Source: an uncultured delta proteobacterium
Lineage (GTDB): Bacteria > Myxococcota_A > Polyangia > Polyangiales > Polyangiaceae
Direction: 5' to 3'
NCBI GenBank assembly: GCA_963841435.1
Contig: CAWJCS010000003.1
Span: 384,001 to 448,000 of the forward strand
Length of the DNA: 64,000 nucleotides
The notes under the pieces are model-generated. The model had not been told where the DNA came from and searched no databases. It was given only the letters and a program-made list of their open reading frames with translations. Positions within the stretch are counted from its first letter, which is position 1. Each line of letters starts with the position of its first letter. The translations under genes were made by a program, and so were the position numbers. This document shows positions 19,923 through 31,478 of this stretch, piece by piece.

Positions 19923-21481
19923 GCGTTCCGAGCACGACTGTCGAGGGCAAGGCGGCGCCCGCCCGGAGCGACGTACCGCCGCGCGTCGAGGCGCGCGCCA
20001 TGACCAAGCGCTTCGGCGGCGTCACCGTGCTCGACCAGGTATCGCTCACCATCGAGCCCGGCACGGTGCACGCGCTGCTCGGCGAAAATGGCGCCGGCAA
20101 GAGCACGCTCGTAAAATGCATCATGGGCTTTTACCAGGCCGACTCGGGCGAGCTGCTCGTCAACGGCAAGCAGTGCACCGTCGCGAGCCCGCGTGACGCG
20201 CAAGCCTTCGGCATCGGCATGGTCTACCAGCACTTCACGTTGGTCGAGAACATGACCGTCGCGGAGAACTTGCTCATCGCCCGGCGCGAGCTCCCCGCGA
20301 TCATCGACTGGAAGCGCGAAGTCGCCGAGCTATCGGCCTTCATGCAGAAGATGCCGTTCCGCATCGAGCCGACGACGCTCGTCCGGCACCTCGCCGCCGG
20401 CGAGAAGCAAAAGCTCGAGATCTTGAAGCAGCTCTACCTCGGCAGCCGGGTCGTCATCCTCGATGAGCCGACGAGCGTGCTCACGCCCGACGAAGCCGAC
20501 GAGGTGCTCGGCCTCATGAAGGAAATGACGGCACGTGGCGAGCTCAGCGTGTTGATGATCTCGCATAAATTCCGCGAAGTTCTCGCGTTTGCCGATCAAG
20601 TCACCATCCTGCGGCGCGGGCAATGGGTGGCGAGCGCCCCGGTGTCCGAGCTCACGCCGGAGAAGATGGCAGAGCTCATGGTGGGTGCGGAGCCGCCGAG
20701 CCAGTCGAGCTCGCGCAGCGATCGCGAGGCGGGAGCCGCCGTGCTCGAGCTCGACGCCATCGAGGCCGACGACGACATCGGCTTGCCCGTCCTCGAGGGT
20801 GTCACGCTGTGCGTGCGCTCGGGTGAGATCGTCGGAATCGCGGGAGTGAGCGGCAACGGTCAGGAGGAGCTCGTCGAGGTGCTCGCGGGCCAGCGCGTTC
20901 CCAGCAAGGGCAGCGTGCGTGTCGGCGGCAGCGCCTACCGCGCCACGCGCGAGCAGATCCGCACGCTTCGCGTGCGCCTCTTGCCCGAGACGCCGCTCAG
21001 GAACGCGTGCGTCCCCGGCATGCCGCTCTCGCACAACATCGCGTTTCGCGAGTACGATCGCCCGCCGTTCACGTTCGCGCGCTTCGGTCTCAAGCTGCGC
21101 GAGTTCCGGGCTCGCGCCGAGCGCGCCATCACGGCCTTCAAGATCCGCACGCCCTCGCACGCCGCGCCCATCGGCCAGCTGTCCGGGGGCAACGTGCAGC
21201 GCGCCGTGCTCGCGCGCGAGCTCTCGGGCGACGTCTCCGTGCTCATCGCCGCCAATCCCTGCTTCGGCCTCGATTTCGGCGCCGTCGCCGAGATCCGCTC
21301 GCGGCTCGTCAACGCGCGCAACGCGGGCGCGGCCGTGCTCTTGATCAGCGCCGACCTCGAGGAAATCTTCGCACTGAGCGACCGCATTCTCGTGATGAGC
21401 GGCGGCAAAATCGTGCACGAAACGCTGGCCGCCGTCGCCGATCTGCGTCAGATCGGCCGCCACATGGCGGGACACGCCTGA
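19919..21481 (+). CDS. ABC transporter ATP-binding protein (tandem ABC domains)
   Basis: GENGAGKST, LDEPT, LSGGNVQR; GTGA overlap with biuH. Confidence 0.93.
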   Translation: MSVPSTTVEGKAAPARSDVPPRVEARAMTKRFGGVTVLDQVSLTIEPGTVHALLGENGAGKSTLVKCIMGFYQADSGELLVNGKQCTVASPRDAQAFGIGMVYQHFTLVENMTVAENLLIARRELPAIIDWKREVAELSAFMQKMPFRIEPTTLVRHLAAGEKQKLEILKQLYLGSRVVILDEPTSVLTPDEADEVLGLMKEMTARGELSVLMISHKFREVLAFADQVTILRRGQWVASAPVSELTPEKMAELMVGAEPPSQSSSRSDREAGAAVLELDAIEADDDIGLPVLEGVTLCVRSGEIVGIAGVSGNGQEELVEVLAGQRVPSKGSVRVGGSAYRATREQIRTLRVRLLPETPLRNACVPGMPLSHNIAFREYDRPPFTFARFGLKLREFRARAERAITAFKIRTPSHAAPIGQLSGGNVQRAVLARELSGDVSVLIAANPCFGLDFGAVAEIRSRLVNARNAGAAVLLISADLEEIFALSDRILVMSGGKIVHETLAAVADLRQIGRHMAGHA

Positions 21482-21520
21482 GGGAACGTAGTAGTCCTCG
21501 TCCACCGTGCTCCGCGACCG

Positions 21521-21955
21521 GTGGCCCTCGCAGCGCTCGTCCGATTCACGCCTCCGTTCGCGCGCGGGCGTCGTACCCGCACCTCCCTCCTTCGAGTGCA
21601 GCGCTTGATCGAGAAGCTAGTCGATCTCGCGGCGCGCTCGGCGGGCTGGGCAACCTTACGCGAAGGCGTCGAGATCCTGCGACTCGCCGGGGATGCCACG
21701 AAAGGGCCCAGCGCGGCGCTTCTGCGGTACCGTGAAGGCGCGCGCGTCCCTTCGCACCGTCACAGCGGCTTCGAAGTGATCTACGTCGTATCGGGCGCAC
21801 AGAGCGACGAGCGGGGCACCTATCCGGCCGGCAGCCTCGTCATCAACTCTGCCGGTGACGAGCACAGCGTTTGGAGTGACAGCGGATGTGTCGTGCTGAT
21901 TCTCTGGGAGCGACCCATCGAATTCGTCGACGACATTCCGGAGAGCGCCATCTGA
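21521..21955 (+). CDS. ChrR-like cupin domain protein
   Basis: ALLRY..GA.VP.H.H.G.E.IYV.SG...DE.G.YPAG...H.V.S..GC; true start may be near 21597. Confidence 0.8.
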   Translation: MALAALVRFTPPFARGRRTRTSLLRVQRLIEKLVDLAARSAGWATLREGVEILRLAGDATKGPSAALLRYREGARVPSHRHSGFEVIYVVSGAQSDERGTYPAGSLVINSAGDEHSVWSDSGCVVLILWERPIEFVDDIPESAI

Positions 21956-22099
21956 GCGACTCTGGGTCGGTTTTACGCCCGGGCCCCACTGCCGAAAACC
22001 TCCCGAAACGCCACCTGGGCGAGACGCGCTCGTGGACCAATCGACCCCGGGCAGGCTTCCAAGCTGGAGGCGCGCGGCTGACGGTCCCAGGAGAGAGTC

Positions 22100-23512
22100 A
22101 TGAATAGCTGCTTGAGAATTACGGTGGCAATGTGCGGCGCCCTCTTGGGGGCCTGCCAAGGACCGGGCGGTTCCGCGCCGACCGAGGCGACCTCCGCCTC
22201 GGCCGCGGCCCCGGCCGAAGCGTCGCCCACTCCCGCCAAGGCGTCGGACACCGGCCCGATCAAGGTCGGTATCCTGCATTCATTGTCGGGAACGATGGCC
22301 ATCAGCGAAACGTCGCTCAAGGACGTGGCGCTGATGACGATCGCCGGCATCAACAAGGCCGGCGGTGTGCTCGGCCGCCAGCTCGAGCCCGTCGTGGTCG
22401 ATCCGGCCTCGAACTGGCCGCTCTTCGCGGAGAAGGCGCGCGAGCTCATCCAGAAGGACGGCGTCGCGGTGACGTTCGGCTGCTGGACCTCGGTGTCGCG
22501 AAAATCGGTGCTCCCGGTGTTCGAGGAGCTGAACGGTCTCTTGTTCTACCCGGTGCAGTACGAAGGCGAGGAGTCGTCGTACAACGTGTTTTACACGGGT
22601 GCCGCGCCGAACCAGCAAGCGATCCCCGCCGTCGAGTACCTCATGAGCGACAAGGGCGGCGGCGCCAAGCGCTGGGTGCTGCTCGGCACGGATTACGTGT
22701 ACCCGCGCACGACCAACAAGATCCTACGCTACTTCTTGCACGACAAGGGCGTCAAGGACGAGGACATCCTCGAGAAGTACACGCCCTTCGGTCACTCCGA
22801 CTACCAGACGATCGTCGCCGAGGTGAAGAAGTTCGCCGCCGGCAAGCCGACCGCGGTGGTTTCCACGATCAACGGCGACTCCAACGTGCCGTTCTACAAG
22901 GAGCTCGCCAACCAGGGCATGAAGGCGACCGACATCCCGGTGGTCGCGTTCTCCGTGGGCGAGGAAGAGCTCCGCGGTATCGACACCAAGGCGCTCGTCG
23001 GCCACCTCGCGGCCTGGAACTACTTCATGTCGATCGACACGCCCGAGAACAAGGCGTTCATCGACGACTGGAAGGCCTGGGTCAAGGAGAAGAACCTGCC
23101 GGACGGCGACAAGCGCGTCACCAACGATCCGATGGAGGCAACCTACATCGGCATCAAGATGTGGGCGCAGGCCGTCGAGCAGGCGGGCACCACCAACGTC
23201 GACGCCGTCCGTCAAGCCGTCGCCGGCCAGATGGTCAAGGCGCCGACGGGCATGACCATCACGATGGACATGAAGAACCACCATTTGCACAAGCCGGTCT
23301 TCATCGCCGAGGTGAAGGCGGACGGTCAGTTCAACGTCGTTTGGAAGACGGACGGTCCGATCCGCGCGATGCCCTGGAGCCCCTACGTGCCGGATAGCAA
23401 GGCCAAGGTTGCCGACTGGCAATTCCCCTGGGTCTGCGGCAACTGCACCGAGCCGAAGTTCAAGCTCGGCGCGCTCGCCCCGGCCATCGAAGCGGCCCCG
23501 GCGGCGAAGTAG
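22100..23512 (+). CDS. urtA: Urea ABC transporter substrate-binding protein
   Basis: IKVGILHSLSGTMAISE, FGCWTSVSRKSVLPV, YPVQYEGEE, STINGDSN. Confidence 0.95.
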   Translation: MNSCLRITVAMCGALLGACQGPGGSAPTEATSASAAAPAEASPTPAKASDTGPIKVGILHSLSGTMAISETSLKDVALMTIAGINKAGGVLGRQLEPVVVDPASNWPLFAEKARELIQKDGVAVTFGCWTSVSRKSVLPVFEELNGLLFYPVQYEGEESSYNVFYTGAAPNQQAIPAVEYLMSDKGGGAKRWVLLGTDYVYPRTTNKILRYFLHDKGVKDEDILEKYTPFGHSDYQTIVAEVKKFAAGKPTAVVSTINGDSNVPFYKELANQGMKATDIPVVAFSVGEEELRGIDTKALVGHLAAWNYFMSIDTPENKAFIDDWKAWVKEKNLPDGDKRVTNDPMEATYIGIKMWAQAVEQAGTTNVDAVRQAVAGQMVKAPTGMTITMDMKNHHLHKPVFIAEVKADGQFNVVWKTDGPIRAMPWSPYVPDSKAKVADWQFPWVCGNCTEPKFKLGALAPAIEAAPAAK

Positions 23513-23537
23513 CCAGGGCCGAGCCAACACGGAACCC

Positions 23538-25169
23538 ATGGCGCGGAAGAGTCTGAGACTCGTCGTCTGTCTAGTCGGAGCGTGGCTCTGGCTCTCCGCG
23601 CCGTGGAACGTGCTCACGGCTCTCGCCGCGAGCGACCTCGCCTCCGAGCTGCGCGCCGTCGCCGGCTCGGACGCTAGCGTCGCGCGCGACGCCCTCGAAG
23701 GCATCAAGGCGCGCGCCGACGTGCGCGCGCTGCCCGCGCTCGAGGCACTCGACGCGGGCAACCTGCGCGCCGACGAGGTGGGCGCCCTGTTCATCTCGGT
23801 CGACGGCAAGCTCGAGCCCGCGCTGCCCGGCGGCCCCGCAGCGCCGTCCGGCAAGACCAGCGCGCCGTCCGTCGACAATTCCCTGAGGCGCTCGCTCTTG
23901 CCGACGCTTGCGATGCTCAAGCTGTCGTCGCCCGACCGCGAGGTAAGGCGCGCTGCCGCCGAGGAGCTCGCCAAACGCCCCAGCGAAGACGTCGCGCCGC
24001 TCGTCCGAACCGCGCTCGCCGAGGAGCACGATTCGGAAGTCAAAGAGCAACTCCGCCTCGCGCTCGCCCAGCTGGATCTCCAGACCGGCGACGCCAAGGC
24101 GCGCATCGCGGCGCTCGGCGTCATCAAGTCGAGTGGTGACGTGGCCTTCCAGGCCGACCTCGAGCGAATGACCGGCAAGAACGGCTCCGAATCGTCCGAG
24201 AAGGACCCGGCCGTACGCGAGGCCGCGCGCGATGCTCTGAAGAGCATCGAGTCGCGGGTTTTCTTCATCGGCCTACTCGGCCACCTATTTTACGGCGTGA
24301 GCCTCGGCAGCGTGCTCTTGCTCGCTGCGCTCGGTCTCGCCATCACGTTCGGGTTGATGGGCGTCATCAACATGGCGCACGGCGAGATGCTGATGATCGG
24401 CGCCTACACGACCTACGTCGTGCAAAACCTGTTTCAAAAGTACCTTCCGGCCTACTTCGATTGGTACCTCATCCTCTCGATCCCCGCGGCCTTTTTGGTC
24501 TGCTTCGCGGTCGGCGTGGCGCTCGAGCGCAGCGTGATCCGCTTCTTGTACGGGCGGCCACTCGAAACGCTGCTCGCCACCTGGGGCATCTCGCTCGCCC
24601 TCATCCAGACCGTGCGCGTGCTTTTCAGCGCACAGAATGTCACGGTGTCGAACCCGAGCTGGCTAGAGGGCGGCGTCTCGCTCCTGCCGGGGGTCGTGCT
24701 CACCTACAGCCGCATCGCCGTGATCGGCTTCGCCGTCGTGGTCGTCGCCTTCGTCTGGCTCTGGATGAACAAGACGCCCGTCGGGCTCCGCGTGCGCGCC
24801 GTCACGCAAAACCGCGAGATGGCGGCGGCTATGGGGGTCGCTACACCGCTGGTCGATATGGGCACGTTCGGCCTGGGCTCTGGCATCGCCGGCCTGGGCG
24901 GTGTCGCGCTCTCGCAGCTCGGCAACGTCGGCCCCGAGCTCGGCCAGGGCTACATCGTCGATTCGTTCATGGTGGTGGTGCTCGGTGGCGTCGGCAAGCT
25001 CGTCGGCACCATCGTCGGCGCGATGGGCCTCGGCATCCTGAACAAGCTGCTCGAACCTGCTGCCGGTGCCGTGCTCGGCAAGATCTTGATCCTGGTCATC
25101 ATCATCCTGTTCATCCAGAAGCGCCCGCAGGGCATCTTCGCGATGAAGGGCCGAGCGGCAGAGGTTTGA
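23538..25169 (+). CDS. urtB: Urea ABC transporter permease with N-terminal HEAT-like domain
   Basis: GLAITFGLMGVINMAHGE, LYGRPLETLLATWG, IVDSFMVVVLGG. Confidence 0.95.
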   Translation: MARKSLRLVVCLVGAWLWLSAPWNVLTALAASDLASELRAVAGSDASVARDALEGIKARADVRALPALEALDAGNLRADEVGALFISVDGKLEPALPGGPAAPSGKTSAPSVDNSLRRSLLPTLAMLKLSSPDREVRRAAAEELAKRPSEDVAPLVRTALAEEHDSEVKEQLRLALAQLDLQTGDAKARIAALGVIKSSGDVAFQADLERMTGKNGSESSEKDPAVREAARDALKSIESRVFFIGLLGHLFYGVSLGSVLLLAALGLAITFGLMGVINMAHGEMLMIGAYTTYVVQNLFQKYLPAYFDWYLILSIPAAFLVCFAVGVALERSVIRFLYGRPLETLLATWGISLALIQTVRVLFSAQNVTVSNPSWLEGGVSLLPGVVLTYSRIAVIGFAVVVVAFVWLWMNKTPVGLRVRAVTQNREMAAAMGVATPLVDMGTFGLGSGIAGLGGVALSQLGNVGPELGQGYIVDSFMVVVLGGVGKLVGTIVGAMGLGILNKLLEPAAGAVLGKILILVIIILFIQKRPQGIFAMKGRAAEV

Positions 25170-26289
25170 TGAAGGCGCTCGCCATCCTCCGTCAGATGCA
25201 CGACCGCCGCGGCTGGATCGCCGTCGGCGTCGTTGCGCTCATCGGTCTCGTGCTGGTCCCGGTGCTCAACGTGGCGCTTCCCGCGGGCTCGCCATTGCAG
25301 ATCCCCGACCACCTCGTCACGCTGCTCGGCAAGTTCGCCTGCTACGCGCTCGCCGCCGTCGCTCTCGATTTGATCTGGGGCTTTTGCGGGATCCTGAGCC
25401 TCGGGCACGGCGTGTTCTTCGCGCTCGGCGGCTACGCCATGGGCATGTACCTGATGCGCGCCATGCAGGGCCAGGGTGTCTACCGCAGCAATTTGCCCGA
25501 TTTCATGGTGTTCCTCGATTGGAAGGAGCTGCCCTGGTTCTGGCTCGGCTTCGACAACTTCTTCTTTGCGATGTTCGCGGTGCTCTGGGTGCCGGGCCTG
25601 CTCGCCTATGCGTTCGGCTACTTCGCGTTCCGCTCACGCATCCGTGGCGTCTACTTCTCGATCATCACGCAAGCCCTCACCTACGCTCTGATGCTGCTCT
25701 TCTTCCGCAACGACACGGGCTTCGGCGGCAACAACGGCCTCACGGACTTCAAGCAGCTCTACGGCTACCCCCTGCAGCTCCCCTCCACCAAGCTCGCCCT
25801 GTACGTGATCTCCGTGGCGGCGCTCATCCTCACGTACCTGCTCTGCCGCTACGTCGTCACCACCAAGCTCGGTCGGGTGCTCCGCGCGGTGCGCGACCAG
25901 GAGAGCCGCGTCATGTTCTGCGGCTACGACCCGACGCAATACAAGCTCTTCGTCTGGACGCTCTCGGCCGTGCTCTGCGGCATCGCCGGTGCGCTCTACG
26001 TGCCGCAGGTCGGCATCATCAACCCGAGCGAGCTCCAGCCCTCGAACTCCATCGAAATGGCCATTTGGACGGCCGTGGGCGGCCGCGGCACGCTGATGGG
26101 CGCCGCCCTCGGTGCCTTCATCGTCAACGGCACGAAGAGCTGGTTCACGGGCGCGCTGCCCGAGGCGTGGTTGTACGTGCTCGGCGCCATGTTCATCCTC
26201 GTCACGCTCTTCCTGCCGCAGGGCGTGATCGGCTTCGCACAGAAGCTCATGGCCAAACGAGCCGCACCAACCGGAGCACCGAAACCGGC

Positions 26290-26293
<4 letters not shown>
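25169..26293 (+). CDS. urtC: Urea ABC transporter permease
   Basis: GILSLGHG.FFALGGY, LPDFMVFL, GFGGNNGLTDFK, AVGGRGTL. Confidence 0.95.
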
Positions 26294-27199
<906 letters not shown>

Positions 27200-27213
<14 letters not shown>

Positions 27214-27892
27214 AGGCCTGAACCAGGCCTATGGTGGCAGTCAGATCCTCTGGGAAATGGGCCTGGACGTGCCCGAGGGCTCCTGCACCTGCCTCATGGG
27301 CCGAAACGGCGTGGGCAAGACCACGCTGCTCCGCGCCATCATGGGCTCGCTGAAGGTGACCGGTGGCAGCATCAAGTTCTCCGGCAAAGAGCTGACCGGC
27401 GCGGCTCCCGAGACGCGCGCGCGCTCGGGTGTCGGCTATGTACCTCAGGGCCGCGAGATCTTTCCGCAGCTCACCGTCGGCGAGAACCTCGAGGTCGGCG
27501 TGGTGGCCGAAGGGCGCCGAAAGCCCGTGCCGAAACGCGTCTTCGAGCTGTTCCCCGTCCTCAGGACGATGCTGAACCGGCGCGGTGGCGACCTCTCGGG
27601 CGGCCAGCAACAGCAGCTCGCCATCGGCCGCGCGCTCGCCATCAACCCGAAGCTCCTCATCCTGGACGAGCCCACGGAGGGCATCCAGCCGAACATCGTG
27701 AAGATGATCGGCGACGTGCTCATGATGCTCAATCGCGAAGAGGGCCTCACGGTCCTGCTCGTCGAGCAGAAGCTCGCCTTCGCGCGCCGCGTCGGCAGCC
27801 GCTTCTGCCTGATGGATCGCGGCCGCGCTGTCGCCACGGGTGAGATGAAAGAGCTCAGCGACGACCTCGTCGCGAAGCATCTCGCGGTCTGA
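27200..27892 (+). CDS. urtE: Urea ABC transporter ATP-binding protein
   Basis: GRNGVGKTT, YVPQGREIF, LSGGQQQQLAIGR, DEPTEGIQP. Confidence 0.95.
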
Positions 27893-28044
27893 AGAGGGCT
27901 CGAGCGCGTCGGAAGCTCGGCGGCGAGACCTTGGGTATCGACGCACGAGGACGACACGACACCGGGCGTCGAATCATGCATTTTCCTGTTGCATTCGCGG
28001 TTCGGGTGAATCCGGCTCTGCGGCTGGGCTAGACTCGAAGCGGC

Positions 28045-28449
28045 ATGCCCACCGAGACGCTGTTCGAGAACGAGCACCTCACGGTGACGGCGCTCGACGA
28101 GCCCATCGTGCTGATGGTTCGAAAGCCGACTCGCGTCGAAGCGAATGGGCTCGATGCCATCTGGGGGGCCGCCGATCGCGCTCTCGCGAGAGTCAACCGC
28201 GGGCAGTACTGCCTGGTCGTGGACGTGACAGCCGCGGCCGGACGCAACGAAGAGGACTTCGAGAAGGCGTTCGCACCCTACCGACAGCGCCTCTCCACCG
28301 GTTGGCTCGAGATGGCGCTCGTCGTCGCGTCGGTCCCCGGCAAGCTGCAGGTTCAAAGGTACGCGCGCCAGGACCGCGCCCGGGTGAGCACCTTCGACGA
28401 CCGGGAAGCGGCGCTCGCCTGGGTCCGCAAGGCGCTTTTGCGCCGCTAA
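28045..28449 (+). CDS. Hypothetical protein, SpoIIAA/STAS-SEC14-like
   Basis: LVVDV...GRN...FE and terminal F.DREAALAW pattern. Confidence 0.6.
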   Translation: MPTETLFENEHLTVTALDEPIVLMVRKPTRVEANGLDAIWGAADRALARVNRGQYCLVVDVTAAAGRNEEDFEKAFAPYRQRLSTGWLEMALVVASVPGKLQVQRYARQDRARVSTFDDREAALAWVRKALLRR

Positions 28450-28516
28450 CTCGCGTCGGCGACCCCCGCCACCTGGCGTGCCCATCCCTTCGCGACTATC
28501 GGGACGGATGGATTCC

Positions 28517-30508
28517 ATGGCGAGCTTCCCTGCGGACGCCGAGGTGCTTCGCGCCACCGAAGTGTGGCTCGAGCGCGCAGTGATCGGCCTGTCGCTCTGC
28601 CCATTCGCGAAGAGCGTCCACGTGAAGGGCCAGATCCGCTATGTGGTGAGCCCGGCAGAGAGCCCTGCCGTGCTGCTCTCGGACCTCTCTCGAGAGCTCA
28701 CGGAGCTCGCGGCCGCGGACCCGGAAGCGGTCGATACGGTGCTGCTCATTTTCCCGCGAGTGCTCGGGGAGTTTCTCGACTACAACGACTTTCTGAGGCT
28801 CGCGAACGAGGAGCTCGAGCGGCAGGGGCTGTCAGGCACGCTTCAGATTGCGAGCTTTCACCCGAATTACGAGTTCGGCGAGCACGAGCCGGGCGACGCG
28901 GCACAGCTCAGCAATCGCTCGCCCTACCCGATGTTGCATTTGCTGCGTGAAGCCAGCGTCACGCGCGCGGTCGCCGCATTCCCGGACGCAGCGCAGATCT
29001 TCGAAAAGAACACCGCCACCCTGCGCGCCCTCGGTCACGAGGGCTTTCGACGCGTCCTCGCCGGAGAGGCGACGCCGTCCGACGGCGCGAGCGACCTGTC
29101 CCACCGCAACGACTTTTGCGCACTCTTGCCGGGGTCAACCGGGCTCGCCGTGCTGACGGAGCTCGGCTTCGAGACGCCGACGAGAGTGCAGGCCGAGAGC
29201 ATTCCGGTGCTGCTTTCCGGGGGCGATCTCGTCGGCCAGTCGCAGACCGGCAGCGGGAAGACGGCCGCGTTTTCGCTACCGCTGCTCGAACGGTTGGACC
29301 TTGCACGCCGAGAGCTGCAGGGTTTGGTGCTCTGCCCCACGCGGGAGCTCAGTGCCCAGGTGGCACGCGAGCTCAGAAAGCTCGGTCGCGGGCGCGCGGG
29401 GCTCTCGGTCGCCGTCCTCTCCGGTGGCGAGCCGGTCCGCGATCAGACGCGCGTGCTCGAAGGCGGCGTGCACCTTGCCGTCGGCACGCCCGGTCGCGTC
29501 ATCGACCATTTGAAGCGCCGCACTCTGCGCGTCCATCGCGTGGGCACCATCGTGCTCGATGAGGCCGATCGCATGCTCGACATGGGCTTTCTGCCGGACA
29601 TCGAGAAGGTGCTGAGGGCGCTCCCCGAGCCGCGCCAGACCGTCTTCTTCTCCGCCACGTTTCCCGCCTCGATTCGCGAGCTCTCCGCCAAGTACCAGAA
29701 GGAGCCGAAGTGGGTGACGATCGAGCAGGCGCCGCAGACGGCGCCGGACATTCGCCAGCTCGTCGTGCAGAGCGAGCCGAGCGCCAAGCTTGCCGTGCTC
29801 GGTAGTGTCCTTTCGAGCCACCCGCACGACTCCGCCCTCGTGTTCGCCAACCAGAAGCTCACCGTCGCCATGATCGAGGAGGAGCTTCGCACCCGAGGCC
29901 TCAGCGTGGCGGCCCTCCACGGCGACCTCGAGCAACGCGACCGTGATCGCGTGATGGCAAAATTCCGAAACGGCAGCACCCGCGTGCTCGTGGCAACCGA
30001 CGTGGCTGCGCGTGGCATCGACCTCGACCACCTCGACCTGGTCGTCAATTTCGACCTCCCGAGCCAACCCGAGATCTACGTGCATCGCATCGGGCGCACG
30101 GGGCGCGCCGGAAAATCCGGCGTCGCGGTGTCGATCCTCACTCCCGTGGACGCGCCCAGGCTCGAAGCAATACAAGACTTCACGGGTGTTCGACTGGAGC
30201 TCGTGGGCGGCGAGCGAGGCTCGGTGGCGCGCGGCGCAGGGAAAGAGACGGGGGCCGGAGCACGACAGCCGACGATGGCCACGCTCCGCATCTCGGGCGG
30301 CCGCAAGGACAAGCTACGCCCCGGCGATATCCTGGGCGCCATCACGGGCGAGGCCGGCGGCCTGAAGGGCGAGCAGATCGGCAAGATCGAGATCCACGAC
30401 CGGTTTTCGTTCGTTGCGCTCGAACGGGGCGTGAGCGAGAAGGCGCTCACGAGCCTGCGCGAAGGACGCATCAAGGGCCGTCGCTTTCGCGTCGAGCGCG
30501 TCGAGTAG
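28517..30508 (+). CDS. dbpA: DUF1415 domain fused to DEAD-box RNA helicase DbpA
   Basis: N-terminal VIGLSLCPFA, QIASFHP, NRSPYPMLHLLRE; then QTGSGKT, PTREL, DEAD, SAT, HRIGRTGR and DbpA RNA-binding GGRKDKLRPGDILGA. Confidence 0.88.
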   Translation: MASFPADAEVLRATEVWLERAVIGLSLCPFAKSVHVKGQIRYVVSPAESPAVLLSDLSRELTELAAADPEAVDTVLLIFPRVLGEFLDYNDFLRLANEELERQGLSGTLQIASFHPNYEFGEHEPGDAAQLSNRSPYPMLHLLREASVTRAVAAFPDAAQIFEKNTATLRALGHEGFRRVLAGEATPSDGASDLSHRNDFCALLPGSTGLAVLTELGFETPTRVQAESIPVLLSGGDLVGQSQTGSGKTAAFSLPLLERLDLARRELQGLVLCPTRELSAQVARELRKLGRGRAGLSVAVLSGGEPVRDQTRVLEGGVHLAVGTPGRVIDHLKRRTLRVHRVGTIVLDEADRMLDMGFLPDIEKVLRALPEPRQTVFFSATFPASIRELSAKYQKEPKWVTIEQAPQTAPDIRQLVVQSEPSAKLAVLGSVLSSHPHDSALVFANQKLTVAMIEEELRTRGLSVAALHGDLEQRDRDRVMAKFRNGSTRVLVATDVAARGIDLDHLDLVVNFDLPSQPEIYVHRIGRTGRAGKSGVAVSILTPVDAPRLEAIQDFTGVRLELVGGERGSVARGAGKETGAGARQPTMATLRISGGRKDKLRPGDILGAITGEAGGLKGEQIGKIEIHDRFSFVALERGVSEKALTSLREGRIKGRRFRVERVE

Positions 30509-30528
30509 GACGCGCTCGACCCTTTCGC

Positions 30529-31455
30529 TCAGTCCGCCGGGAGGCCGGCGACGATGGCTTCCGAGGTGTCCCAGAGCTTTCGCGCAAGCGCCTCGTCGTT
30601 GGCGTCGGCACGCGGACGGGCCACGTTGCAGTTTGCCAGGTACTCGCCCGAAACTCCCGCGAGCGAGGGGCTGCTTGCGGCGAAAACCTCGGTCGCGGCG
30701 CCCTGTTCCACGCTCTTCAGCGCCACCGGGCCAAAGACCGCCAACGAGAACGAAATCGCGGCATTCATGTGCCGCTGGAGATTGGTGCGAATCACGCCCG
30801 GATGCACGGCGTTGGCCGTCCTTTCGCTGCCGCGAAAGCGCCGCGCGAGCTGCTTGGCGAAGAGGAGGTTGGCTAGCTTCGACTGCCCGTAGGCGGTCCA
30901 GGGCCTGTACCCCCGCTTGCCGTCCAGGTTGTCGAACTCGATGCCGACCTTCGGCGCCTGAGCGTGCGCGCTGCTGCTGAGCATGACGATGCGACCACTC
31001 TCGGTGAGCTCCGAGAGCAGACCCGTTACCAGCATGAAGTGGCCGATGTGATTGGTGAAGAAATGCATTTCGTAGCCATGGGCCTGGCGTAGCTCCGGAA
31101 GCGCCATGACTCCGGCGTTGCCGATCACGGCGTCCAGGCGGACCCCGGCGTCCTTCACCGCTCTGACGCAGGCACGCACGCTCTTCGGGTTCGAAAGCTC
31201 GCAGGCGAGCGGCACGGTCTGCCCGCCGGCGGCCAGGCAGGCGGCCTGCGCCTTCTCGAGCGTTCGTGCCGTACCGATGACGCGCGCGCCCCGGAGCGAG
31301 AGCACCCGCATGGCCTCGAACCCGATCCCGGAGCTCGCGCCCGTGACGAGCACGACCTTGCCACCGAGCGCCAGCCCTTCGGTCACTTCTTCGGCGGTCG
31401 AGCCATAGCCGAAGCCGCTCGGGCCCTTCGCTGCCAGCCGTGCATAGAGCGACAT
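30529..31455 (-). CDS. SDR oxidoreductase (retinol dehydrogenase-like)
   Basis: TGASSGIG, NAGVM, NHIGHF, YGQSK, HPGVI. Confidence 0.92.
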   Translation of the reverse strand: MSLYARLAAKGPSGFGYGSTAEEVTEGLALGGKVVLVTGASSGIGFEAMRVLSLRGARVIGTARTLEKAQAACLAAGGQTVPLACELSNPKSVRACVRAVKDAGVRLDAVIGNAGVMALPELRQAHGYEMHFFTNHIGHFMLVTGLLSELTESGRIVMLSSSAHAQAPKVGIEFDNLDGKRGYRPWTAYGQSKLANLLFAKQLARRFRGSERTANAVHPGVIRTNLQRHMNAAISFSLAVFGPVALKSVEQGAATEVFAASSPSLAGVSGEYLANCNVARPRADANDEALARKLWDTSEAIVAGLPAD

Positions 31456-31478
31456 GGACCCTCCATAGGGTCCATGTC
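31451..31478. promoter_or_regulatory. Perfect 12-bp inverted repeat covering RBS and ATG of the SDR gene
   Basis: GACATGGACCCT-ccat-AGGGTCCATGTC. Confidence 0.6.
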
